Source: Hyaloraphidium curvatum SAG 235-1
Taxonomy: Eukaryota; Fungi; Monoblepharomycota
DNA: 64,000 bases
Direction: 5' to 3'
Assembly: GCA_025558095.1 (NCBI GenBank)
Contig: JAIVFI010000005.1
Coordinates: 1-64,000, forward strand
Position 1 is the stretch's first letter. Each line of letters begins with the position of its first letter. Shown here one piece after another: positions 21,031-31,646 of the stretch. Both the position numbers and the translations under genes were made by a program. Under the pieces are notes generated by a model. It did not search any database. It was not told the origin of the DNA and saw only the letters and a program-made list of their open reading frames with translations.

Positions 21031-23616
21031 ATGATTCACGCGCAAACGAATAGCAGCTGCGGCGATTTCCGCCGCACCAATCGCAGAGCCCTGTGTGCGG
21101 CACTGGCGGCGGTGCTCGTGGCGGGCGCCGCCGCGGCGGAGCCGCAAGGGATCCGCGAGAGGACCTCGCCGACGTGCGTCTACTACTACTACCAGAACTT
21201 CACGGAGCCTGCCACCGGCGCCGCCGGCTGCCGGGTTTACCAGGGCGGATGCCAGTACCTTACCCCGACGGGTACCTGCCCCGGCGAGTCGTGGTACTGC
21301 CCCGAAAGTTGCGGGGACCCGGCCCGGCGGCTGCCCAACTCCTGCGAGGACCCCAACGGCAGGAAGACGTGCGGCATCCCTTCGAACGGCCTCGCGATTT
21401 CGACATGGACGGCCAACACCACCGTGGAGGAGGACGGCGGGAGGTGCTTCCTCAAGGAAGCGTGGAGCCTGTACCGGGGGCCTCCGTATTCGCGGAGCAT
21501 CGACTACAAATTGAACTGCAACTCGACGGCACCGTGCCGGTGGGACCTGCTCACCGCTTCGAGGAGGGTAACAGCGAAGCCCGGGACTTCTACGTGGGTC
21601 CTGGAAGCGTCGCACCTCCTGACGGACCCCAAGGTCTCGGACGCAAGCATGGCCGGCGCTGCTGCCTGCAGGGCCGCCATGGCGTGCCCCCCATTTTTGG
21701 CGGGCCTGCTCCGCTCGGCCGCGGAGGTGGACTACGGCGGCACCGGCTTCGTGTGCCTTCCCGGCGATGCCGGGTTCAAGGACGGCATCCTGGTCAAGCG
21801 CGACGCCATGGGCCGGGCTGCCTGCCTCGACGACGGCACCGGATCCTGCATGGTGCTCCCAGGACCCTGCTGCGATGTCCTCGGGCGGAGCACCGCGGCC
21901 GTGTACGGTCTGCGGCCCACGATGTGGCCCGCGGTCCCGTGTCCCGCCGGCGCATCCTGGTGCGCCCGCGCGCTGGCCGCCACCGCGGAACTCCCTGGCT
22001 TCAATCCGATGCTGGGGTTCAACTGCACGTTCAACGCCTTTCCCGGACCCAACCGCAACACCTTTGTCGAGACCGCGCACGACCGCTCGGCGGGCCCGTG
22101 GACGGCCGTGAGGTCGGACCACCACAACGTGGACCCGGACCGGGTTTCGAAATCGACCTACTCCTACCGCATCCTCCGTCGTACCGGTACGCGTGCCATA
22201 GCCTGCATGGGCTACAATTTTGCCGGACAATCAGGCACCTGCCTCGACGCCGCCATCACCGATCCCGGCTGCGCCGCCAACCTCGCCCGCACGGTGCCTT
22301 GGAACATATACTGGCAAGTGCTGGACCGGACGGAACCTGTCTACGCCGACCGGGACGCCCTGCGGCGCCTAGGCCTCGATCCCTCGCAGCCCGTTCCCGC
22401 CGTGGCCCCCGATCCCCCGCGCCCGCCGCCGCGCGGCCCATGGACCTGCGTGCAGCTCTGCGGCGAGGGCGGCGACCGCATTCTAGTGCGGTACCTCGGT
22501 TCCGGTGGGGGGGTGCAGTGCAAAGGCCCTGACGCCGGGAGGTGCTCCCTCTTCCGGGGAGCGGACTGCGCCTCGCTCGCGCCGAACGAGCCGGATCCGC
22601 ATGCCTCGGGCGAGGTCGGGTACATATGCAGCGAGGAGGACCAGAAGGTGGGGTGGTGTGCCCGCGCCGCCGCTGCGGTCGTGCCGTGGGGCAGCGGGGT
22701 CGCCGACTGCCCCGCCGCCGACATCAAACCGCCGTGCAACGGCACGTGCTCCCCGTCGGCTTCTTGCATCCGCGAAGGCACCCGTTCGTTCTGCTCGTGC
22801 AACGACGGCTTCTTCGGCGACGGTGCGACGTGCGCGCCCGATCCCTGCGCGGCAAACAACGGCGGCTGCCCCTCGGCCGCCATGTGCACGCCCACCGCCG
22901 GCGGGCCCGTCTGCACCTGCCTGATCGGCTACGTCGGGGACGGGAGGACGTGCCTGCCGGACCCGTGCGCCGGCAACGGCGGATGCTCCCCCCACGCCTC
23001 GTGCACGCGCACGGGCTGGAGCTCGAGGACATGCGCGTGCCTGGCCGGGTACGCCGGGAACGGCACGCACTGCAGGGAGGAGCCGTGCGCGGGGACGACC
23101 TGCGGGCCTCACGCCGCGTGCATGGTCAGCGCGGGCCTGCCGTACTGCATGTGCCTGGGCGGCTACACGGGCAACGGATACGATTGCAGGTCCAAGTGTT
23201 TGACCAGGAACGGCGGGTGCTCCGCCAACGCGGTGTGCTCCATCAAGCCCGGGGGCCGCGCCGTCGCGTGCACCTGCAAAGCGGCGTACTACGGGAACGG
23301 GGTAACGTGTAGGGCAAAGGGCGCCGTCAGGCTCTCGCTTTCGGTCCCCGCGAGCTCCCGCCGCGGGAGGGCGGTGGCACTGTCGGCGAAGGCCTTGAAC
23401 GCCGCGGGCAAGGCGGTGCCCAGCATCGTAATTTCCTTCCAGATCGGCTCTGGTGCGAGGGTCAACGCGACCACCAACGCCGGTGGGACGGCGTCGGTCA
23501 GATACTGGCTGCCGGCGAAGGCGGCCCTGGGCAGGACCGCCGTCGTCGCGCGCTTCCTGGGCACTGGAACTCTGCTGCAGACCTCGGCAACGAGTACGCT
23601 GACTGTAGTGAGGTAG
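21031..23616 (+). CDS. Secreted Cys-rich protein with ~5-6 EGF-like repeats and a C-terminal Ig-like beta domain
   Basis: Signal-like ALCAALAAVLVAGAAAA; repeats such as CSPHASC..C.C..GY.GNG..C; single long ORF. Confidence 0.8.
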   Translation: MIHAQTNSSCGDFRRTNRRALCAALAAVLVAGAAAAEPQGIRERTSPTCVYYYYQNFTEPATGAAGCRVYQGGCQYLTPTGTCPGESWYCPESCGDPARRLPNSCEDPNGRKTCGIPSNGLAISTWTANTTVEEDGGRCFLKEAWSLYRGPPYSRSIDYKLNCNSTAPCRWDLLTASRRVTAKPGTSTWVLEASHLLTDPKVSDASMAGAAACRAAMACPPFLAGLLRSAAEVDYGGTGFVCLPGDAGFKDGILVKRDAMGRAACLDDGTGSCMVLPGPCCDVLGRSTAAVYGLRPTMWPAVPCPAGASWCARALAATAELPGFNPMLGFNCTFNAFPGPNRNTFVETAHDRSAGPWTAVRSDHHNVDPDRVSKSTYSYRILRRTGTRAIACMGYNFAGQSGTCLDAAITDPGCAANLARTVPWNIYWQVLDRTEPVYADRDALRRLGLDPSQPVPAVAPDPPRPPPRGPWTCVQLCGEGGDRILVRYLGSGGGVQCKGPDAGRCSLFRGADCASLAPNEPDPHASGEVGYICSEEDQKVGWCARAAAAVVPWGSGVADCPAADIKPPCNGTCSPSASCIREGTRSFCSCNDGFFGDGATCAPDPCAANNGGCPSAAMCTPTAGGPVCTCLIGYVGDGRTCLPDPCAGNGGCSPHASCTRTGWSSRTCACLAGYAGNGTHCREEPCAGTTCGPHAACMVSAGLPYCMCLGGYTGNGYDCRSKCLTRNGGCSANAVCSIKPGGRAVACTCKAAYYGNGVTCRAKGAVRLSLSVPASSRRGRAVALSAKALNAAGKAVPSIVISFQIGSGARVNATTNAGGTASVRYWLPAKAALGRTAVVARFLGTGTLLQTSATSTLTVVR

Positions 23617-24035
23617 CGCTTTGCCCTTTCGGGCACATGTACAGCATGGGATTTCATCTTCTTCCTCCTGTCGCCGCGCAAGACCGCAGCGTTGACCCGC
23701 ACGGTTCCCAGTCCGCCGCCGCGCAGCACAATCCCCTCCTCAACCCACCAAGCGATCCATCTCGCCCCAGAGAACTGCTATAGATCGACCCTGGCCAGGC
23801 CGCGTGCCAACGGCGAAGGCGGTAGCTCGGAGCGTAGTGCCCCCGTGCTGCCCCATCGCGCGTCCCGTAATCCCGGCTGGTGGATGACGGGCTGCAGCAC
23901 TTCATCGTGCACGGGCTCTCGCAACGCTACAAATAGCGCTGGAGGAGGCGGGGCAGGGAGGGCAAGCTGGGCATCTGAACGGCACGGGAATCGGCGAGCT
24001 GCATCCACGGAACGCGTCGCGCGCTAGCTGTGCGG

Positions 24036-24789
24036 TCACGACGGCCCATCGCCGTCGTCCTCCGGATCCGAATCGCAGTTCGGCAGGCAATCCAGGTCCA
24101 ACACGAACCCGCCAGGGTCCACGAACAGGTGCTCCGCCGAGGGGTCCTCGCCGGGGCTCCTCAGGGGCCCGAAGGCGGGCAGCGCGCCCTCGGCGGCCAA
24201 TGCGTGCCGGCCCAGCAGCGCCGGCCTGTCCAACGACCCGTCCGAGGTGTACCGCGGCAAAGGAAAGCCGTTGGAGGTGTCCGACGGCGGCGACGGGTAG
24301 TCGTCCGCGAAGCGCACCGTCTTTCTCGCGTGGCCGTGGGCGGGGACCGACAGGTGCCCCGATCGGAGGCACGGCGGCCGCGCGGGGGCCGGGGAGGCAG
24401 CCAGTGCCGCCACGCACAAAAAGCAGTATCCCTCGCGGAGGGCCGCAAAGTCGCAGTGTTCGCAGGCGGCGCCGGCGAGCAGCGGCAGGGACGCTCGCCG
24501 CGGTACGGCCAACGGCGTGGGCGGCGGCCGGCAGGCAGGCAGCGGCGCCGGCCGCAGGTGCGCGCTTTCCATGACGTGCGGGGGGCAGCGAGCGGAGTTC
24601 GTTGTGCGCTATCGGGGGTTCAGGACGCGGCGGGGGAATGGGCGGTGAGCGGTTTCTGCCCGTTGGGACGGCCGACCAAGATCTTGGCGCACAGCACGGC
24701 CACGCACGGCCAAGCCAAACTGATTGCACCGTGATTCCGTACAAAGATGCGCGAAATGCCGTGGGTTCCTCCGCTTCAGATGCCTCCAT
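24036..24789 (-). CDS. Hypothetical protein with CxxC...CxxC motif
   Basis: CEHC...CFLC motif and acidic C-terminus; structure uncertain. Confidence 0.35.
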
Positions 24790-24904
24790 CGGCTGAATAC
24801 GTGGGATGCGACGCGGGACGAAGATATCTGCGGATGCACGTCCCACCCTGCGGCGGACCCGCGGTCTGGATCTCCCCCTTCTATTGCCGCCGATCCTATA
24901 TCGA

Positions 24905-26602
24905 TCATCGGCCACTCTCATTCAGGCGCCCGGCACCGGCACCTGGTAGGTCGCCCCGCCGACGGTGACGCTCCACTCCGAGGTCGCTGCGAAACACATC
25001 GTCAGCCCGCCCCACCATGCCACCGCCCGCCGCGCGCATGCACCCACCGGACCCAATCAAGCCGTTGCTCTGCCCCGTCTGCATGTAGAGGTACATCCCC
25101 GGCCCCCTGATCGACCCGCCTGGCGCCGCGCGGGCGTTCCAAGCGCCGGGATTGACCACGCACGTGGCGGTGCGGTTGTTGGCGGCCGACGGGTAGGCGA
25201 TGGAGTTGCAGTTCCAGATCCAGCCGCTGCCCGACTGGGTGCTAAAGTCAACCGGGTGCGCGGGACTGGGGAGCCGCGGGTCCCACCTGCCAGCCCTCGT
25301 TGACCTTCCAGCGAATCGTGTACCCGTTGATCGCCGTCGTGCCGAGGTTGTGCACGGCGACGTCGCCCGAAAGGCCGTGGGTGTCGAAGCCGCCGAGCGT
25401 CCAGCCGAGGCGGACGGGGGAGGAGCCGGGGGGAAGGGCGACGGTCGTGGTCGTCGGCGCGGGGGCGGGGGCGGTGGTGGTCAAGGCGGGGCGGGTGGTG
25501 GTGGGCCCCTGCTCCGTGGTGGTGCGGGTGCGGGTCGTCGTCGGCGGTGGGGCGGGAGCGACTGGATCGGGGAATGAGATGAGCTACGGCCGGTCCCGGC
25601 AACGAAAGACCAAGCCCACCTGTCGTGGTGACCTGCGGAGGCGCAACAGTGGTCGTCCGCCGTGCCGTCGTCGTCGCCGCGGGCGTTGTCGGAGGCACCG
25701 CTGTCAAGTCATTCGCTCGGGCGTCAGCATCCTTGTCCTCACGGCGGAGCTGACGAAGAGAACCCACCGGTCCCGGTCGGAACGACAAACTCCGTCGGAT
25801 CCGGCGCCGGTGCGCCGCTGCCCACCGTCGCGTCCCAGCAGGTGTAGTACACCAGGTCGGTGTGGAAGTGCCAGCGCCAGCGGAAGACGTACTCGCCCGG
25901 AGCGATGTCCGCGGGGAGGCGGAAGCACTGCGAGCAGAAAGCCGTGGCGGATTGGTCTCCAAGGGGGAACACGCGGCCTGGCGGGTTCACGGATGGTCAG
26001 GCATCTTCCGGGGATCGGAGAAGCGGAAGCAACCCACCGGTTCCGGATGGATCAAAGTTGGGGCAGTTCTGGAATCCCGGCCTCGGGAAAGCCGGGTTGA
26101 ACTCGAACCCCCTCGAGCTCCTCCCGAAATCCGCCGCGAGCGTCCAGTTCCCCCCCGCGAGCGGCTGCATCTCGACAATCACCCCGTTGTCCTCCTCCCA
26201 CCTCGAACCGCCGGGCAGGTCGCTGTTGACGTGGTTCTGAGCGGACCAGGCGAGGCAGGCCATCTGACCCGGGGCATAGCGTGCCACGGGGAAGGTGGGG
26301 TTGACGTCCTTGGGCCGGCACACGGGGGTTTGCAGCTGGTACCCCGTGTTGGCGCCGAAGGGCTGTCCGACGATGTACCAGGGTGCGGCCTCGCGGGGGT
26401 AGCCGTTGCACTTGGCGGGGTCCCAGAAGTACCCGTTCTGCGCGGAGGAAGGAAGGGGGTGAGATGGGCACGGGGCAACCGGGATGAAGCCGCAGACCTT
26501 CTCGCGATAGTCTGTGCAAGCGACCCAGGAGTGGGCTTCGGCACCGCGGAGCAGGGCCAGCGCAGCGACGGCGCAGATGGCGGCGACGGTGGTGGAGCGC
26601 AT
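24905..26602 (-). CDS. Secreted LPMO-like protein (mature His1) with Thr/Pro linker and CBM2-like domain, multi-exon
   Basis: Signal MRSTTVAAICAVAALALLRGAEA|HSWVAC; AWSAQNH; FRLPADIAPGEYVFRWRW...YYTCWDATV; tail GDVAVHNLGTTAINGYTIRW...AWN. Confidence 0.65.
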
Positions 26603-26981
26603 TGCGAGGTGTGCGGTGTCGTTCGTTGCTGAGTTCCCCGCGGTTTCCGGGGGCGCTTATATCCGGGAGCGGCACAGCCGGCACAGCCCGCGAAATGATC
26701 CGCCGGGATCGTCCCGCACTCACTCGCCCCGGTCCCGCACCCAAAAAAAAGGGGGAACCCAAGTTGAACCGCTCCTGACCCGCGTCAGAGCGCTTGCCCT
26801 AGCAAAGCGGCACAGCCAGGAGAATGGGAAAGGGCCGCAACGGAGGCCGAGACGCTTGGACACCACAGTCCGTCCGCGGACGGCGCTCCGAAAGCCGAAA
26901 CACGTTTCCCTGTATCCCAAAGACCCCGATGATAAGATGCTGCGGTCATCCGATCCCGCTCCCCTGCCCCGCACCCCCGCC

Positions 26982-28035
26982 TCACCCCGCCGTCCGCGCC
27001 ACCACCCCCGCGTAGAACGCGCACATCCTCGCTAGGTTGTCCACCGCGATCCGCTCGTCCCTCCCGTGGAACATGCCCACCTCGTGCATCCCCAGCTCGG
27101 TGGGGTTGTGCCTGTAGATGTCCTCGGCCAGGTTCCAGTACCACCGCGTGTCGGTGTTGCCGACCATGAGCGCCGGGGCGACGGCCAGGGGCCCGGCGAA
27201 CACGGCGCGCGACGAGGCGGCGAGCGCCGAGAAGGCCGGGGAGGAGGTGGAGGAGACGGGGGCGGGCTCGAGGGTCTGCATGGCGCGGGTGGTGACGGGC
27301 AGGCCGCGGAGGAGCTCGTCGTAGCGCTTCTGGACGAACGACACCGACTCGTCGGGGTGGATGCGGTGGTTGACGACGGCGGTGGCGAGGGGCGGGAGCA
27401 CGTTGGACTTGTACCCCGCGCGGGCGATGGTGACGGCCGTGGTGGTGCGGACCATGGCGTTGGTCGCCGGGGTCAGGCCGAGGAGGCGCTTGAGGAGCGG
27501 GCCGAACAGCCAGGTGTTGGAAAAGAGGTAGGCCAGGGCGGCGGGCATGTCGGGGATCAGCGCGTCGAACAGCCGGGCGGCGGCAGACAGGTGCGCCGGG
27601 AACGGGTTCTCCTCGATGATGCGCACGGCGCGGGCGAGGGTGCCGATGGAGGAGCTCTTTGGCGGGGCCGACGAGTGCCCCGCGGGCTGCCGCGCGACGA
27701 TCTCCATGTTGACGTGGCCCTTTTCGGCCACGCAGACGGCGGCGACGCGGGCGGCCATGCCGGGGATGAACCCCGAGAGGATGAACAGCCCCTCGTCGAG
27801 GACGAACGAAAGCGGCTTGGCGCCGTGCACGGCGGGCGGCACCAGCTCCGCGGCCTTTGCGGCGAGCGCCTTGGCGCCGTCGTACCCGCCGATTTCCTCG
27901 TCGTGCCCGAACAGCAGCAGCACGGGCACGGCGGGCTCGAAGCCCTTTGCGAGCAGCCCCTCGACGGCCTCGCAGATGGCCACGACGGCCTGCTTGTCGT
28001 CGATGGCGCCGCGGCCGTTGACGTAGCCGGTGCCC
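26982..28035 (-). pseudogene. M20 peptidase (carboxypeptidase S/PM20D1-like), 5'-truncated
   Basis: Motifs GRGAIDDK, FGHDEEIGG, LDEG, EKG, GHSSAPP, GNTDTRWY, HGRDERI. The N-terminal HxD region is absent. Confidence 0.75.
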
Positions 28036-28866
28036 GAGACCAAGGAGGGGGTGCAGCTGGAGGTCAAGACCGGGGGCTTGTTCGGGACGCTGGGTGTGAA
28101 GGTGGCCCCGTGCGACGGCGGGGAAGCCGATGCCGCGGCGGCGGCGAGGTGGCGGGCGGGCCTGGCGGACTTTTTCTTTGCGCACGCGGCGGGGCAGCTG
28201 GATGCCGCGGTGGAGGCGGTGATCGCGTGGGGGTTCTGGGACGTGGGCGCGATGGTGAAGGCGGCGCTGGAGCCGTGGAAGAACAAGGGGGCCAACGCGG
28301 TGGTGCGGACCTGGAAGCGGGTGGTCAGGGAAAAGTACCGCCAGGGGACACTCAAGCGGGCGGAGCCCGCCGATGCCGAGGCTGAGCGGCTCGAGGAGGC
28401 GCTCGAGGGGGCGCTGCAGACCCTGGACGGCGCCCTGGACGTGCTCTTTTCCTCTCTTTCGCCGGAACTGAGGCACTCGGTGCTCCTTCGTGTCTTCGAC
28501 GCCCTCTGCTGGCGCATCGCCGACCTTCCCGTTCCCCCCGTGGAGCCCATCCCCGGCTTCGCCTCGGACAAGCGCAACGCGTGGGAGGACGCCCGCGTCG
28601 AGGCGCTCGGAGGGGCGCTCGAGATCCTCCGGCTCTTCTTCCACGCCGACGGGGAGGGGATCCCGCTCGAGGTGCTGGATGCCGGGGAGGGGTTCCGAGG
28701 TGCGTCGGCGTTGCTGGCCGCTTACGGGATGGGGAAGAGGGAGCTGCGGGAGGCGCATGCAAGGGAGGGTCCGTCGCCGGAGAGGATCGCGGTGCTGCGG
28801 AGGCTGAGGTCCAGGGGCGAGGGCGAGGCCGTGGAAGAGGAGCTGCGGAGGTGGTGCGCCTTCTAG
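28036..28866 (+). pseudogene. C-terminal fragment of a fungal Munc13-homology (MHD2) protein, 5'-truncated
   Basis: Motifs LRLFFHADGEGIPLEVL and RIAVLRRLRSR resemble the fungal Munc13-like C-terminus; no upstream exons or ATG visible. Confidence 0.5.
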
Positions 28867-28924
28867 CGATCCTTGGTTGCAGGAGATGACAATAAAGTGC
28901 TTTGAAACGAACGTTCATTCAGCT

Positions 28925-29524
28925 TCACACACCATCCGAAACTGCGTACGCTTCGATGGACAGCCCCGAGATGCTGTAGGTCCGCCTCTCGACCTTCCAC
29001 CCCGGATCCGGCACCAGCCCCTCCATCGCCTTGGCCGTTACCAGTATCTCGTCCCGCTCCGCAACGTCCTCGCCCAGCTTGGACGCCACGTTCACCGCGT
29101 CGCCGAACATGTCTGTGCCCGGAACGAGCAGCACCCTCCCGACGTCAATCCCGATCGACACGTGTATGTCCCTCGCGTCGTCCGTGTCCTCGTTCAGCCG
29201 GCGGAACTCGGCGACGACGGCCAGCGCGGCCCCGACCGCGTCCTCCGCCCGCGGAAAGACGGCAAAGAGGTTGTCGGCCTCGTACTTGAGGTGCTCGCCC
29301 CCGAACCCCTGCACGATCGGCCTGGTGACTTTCTGCATCCTGCGGATCATAGCCAGGTAGTGCACTATGCCGAAGCGGCGGACCAGCCGCGAGAAGCCGG
29401 ACATGTCGAGGACGAACGCGGCGCGCTCCACGCCGAGCTCGTTCCATATTCGTGCTTCAGCGGCCGGCAGTTCCTCGGCGGGGGAAGAAATGTACGCGTC
29501 CAGGAGATCATATAGGTGGTCCAT
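28925..29524 (-). CDS. Stand-alone class III adenylate/guanylate cyclase (199 aa, intronless, bacterial-like)
   Basis: Motifs FVLDMSGFS, KYEADN, VSIGIDVG, DMFGDAVNVASKLGE. Confidence 0.9.
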   Translation of the reverse strand: MDHLYDLLDAYISSPAEELPAAEARIWNELGVERAAFVLDMSGFSRLVRRFGIVHYLAMIRRMQKVTRPIVQGFGGEHLKYEADNLFAVFPRAEDAVGAALAVVAEFRRLNEDTDDARDIHVSIGIDVGRVLLVPGTDMFGDAVNVASKLGEDVAERDEILVTAKAMEGLVPDPGWKVERRTYSISGLSIEAYAVSDGV

Positions 29525-29610
29525 CTGGGCTCGGACACCTCGGCAGGCTGTAGGAAGCGGAAGCGTCCCCGCACCGCAAGGGATTGTTTGTGTGTGTTCC
29601 AGTCTCCGAT

Positions 29611-31143
29611 ATGGACACACGCGGCGCCGACTTCTCGCCCGAGGAATGGGTTGCCCTCTTCCCGGGGCCGCTGCCCCCGCTCGGCTGCTTCAGCGACATC
29701 GAGGCGCGCAGCGGGCGCACCGACGACGACCCCGCAGCGCCAGCGCGGGAGAAACGCCCCCTGACACGCGACACGTTGCGGCGCGACCTATCCGGCACCC
29801 CGCTCGTGGCCGGGGCAGTCTTTTGTGCGCACAGGCTTTCCCTCTCCCCGCTCGGCTCGTTGCGAGCTTCCATCGTTTCTTACTGCTTCTCGGTTGCGCT
29901 GCTCGGATTGGCGGTGGCCTGGAGCGACGGCCTCTTCGGCACCGTGCAACTCGCGATGGGGATGCTGTTCAGAATTCTTTGGCTGGCGATAGGAGTCATT
30001 TTCGCGTTGTTCGTTCACCGGTCGGTAAGCGGCTGGACAGCCACTACCGTGGACTTCGAGCCATATGCGGGACTAGCAAGATGGCTCGAGCTGGAGGAGA
30101 GCCGCCGCCCGCGCCCAGCCGAGCTTCCCAAAGAGTCTTCGGGTCAACAACATTCGACTGGACTGCTCGACCACGATCCCACTGACAGCCTTTGCCCGTG
30201 CAGCGCGGCATCATGTGCCGGCACCGCGCCTCTGAAAGCGGGTGTCTTTGCGTGGTTGGACTACTCGTACTGGATTCTTTTCCAGATTTCGGCGGAGACT
30301 ATGGTCTGCTACTCCACATTCGTGACCTTTGGACCGCGTCTCTTCTCCTCCTGGTGGGGCTGCCTGCTGTTCGCTGGTTTCCTTGCCAGCACGTTGTTCT
30401 ACAGTCTTTTCATTGGACTCGCTAGGCTCGCAGTCTTCGGCAATGTGGGCTACTACGGGTTGGAGAAGCGTCTGCATCATCGAGCCATGCGCATTGCGCT
30501 GGGCCAGGCATTGGGTGCGGAATCGGCCCCCGTTGCAGCAGAAATCGATCCGTTGGCCAACAGTGGATCTCGTCCGACGTCGTACCTCTATGTGCGCCTC
30601 TATTACCTTTTGATGAGGCTTTGGAATCAACGTGGAGTGCTCGAAGCAAGTCTTGTCAGTCAAATCGTCATTCTCGTCTTCATTCCTGCTCTTCTGGTCT
30701 TCGGCGTGCTAGCTATGGTGGGTGCGCGGTAGTACACACTTGAGCCATTCTTTACCGCTTTCCTGCAGGCAACGGGCCGTTGCGTCCCCGCATGGATCCT
30801 CCTGCAGCTCGCCCTCTACAGCATCTACGTCATGATCAACATCGTCAACCTCGCCGCGCGCAACGCCGCCATTTCCTCCATTACAGCGCTCTTCCGCGAC
30901 GCCCTCCGCGAGATCCGCGTCAACGCCCGCGCGGCACCGGCGCTGAAAGAGCACGAGGCGACACTTGTCTCGTTCCTGGATGTCTCGGGCTTCGAGGGAC
31001 GCGTGTTCGGGTTCGCCGTGACGTACGGCTCCGCGCGGGCGCTCTTCGTCACGGTCGTCACGCTGTGCGTTGCCCTCTGGAGCGTGCTGAGGGGCCTCGG
31101 TGTCTTCATCACTCCGGAGAGCTTCTGTCCATACGTTGGATAA
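29611..31143 (+). CDS. Gustatory-receptor-like/DUF3537-like multi-TM protein, paralog 2
   Basis: Motifs DFSPEEWVA, HDPTDSLCPCSAASCAG, GRVFGFAVTYGSARALFVTVVTLCVALWSVLRG; intron at ~30722-30768. Confidence 0.75.
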
Positions 31144-31370
31144 CTGTGTAGTCTGATTGCTACGCGATTCCCGATCTTGTCCGCACGTCCGGCGGTCCTG
31201 CGGAAGAAGTCCACGCCACGGCTAGGTTCAAGAAAGACGCAAGGGTCACTCCATTCGCCGACTAGACGAGTGTCGTCGTTCAGGGCGCCAGCAAGTGCCA
31301 TCTCGAACAGCAGGTCCACGACTTCGCTCTCATGCTCGAAGCAATGGCGCTGTCCTGCTGGAGTTCCAAG

Positions 31371-31536
31371 CTGCGGATCATGACCAGGTAGTGCACAATG
31401 CCGAAGCGGCGGACCAGCTGCGAGAAGCCGGACATGTCGAGGACGAACGCGCGCTCCATATTCGTGCCTCGGCGGCCGGCAGTTCCTCGGCGGGAGAAGA
31501 AATGTACGCGTCCAGGAGATCATGTAGGCGTTCCAT
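31371..31536 (-). pseudogene. Truncated, deleted copy of the 5' part of the cyclase gene
   Basis: Near-identical to 29340-29524 but with a ~20-nt frameshifting deletion; homology stops at 31371. Confidence 0.85.
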
Positions 31537-31646
31537 CGCGGCTCGGAGACCTCCGGCAGGCTGAGAAGCGGAAGCGGAGTGGATCAGGACCTTTCGTCCC
31601 CCGCAAGGGACTGCTTGTGTCCCCAGCGGCAAGCGAGTGGCGTATT

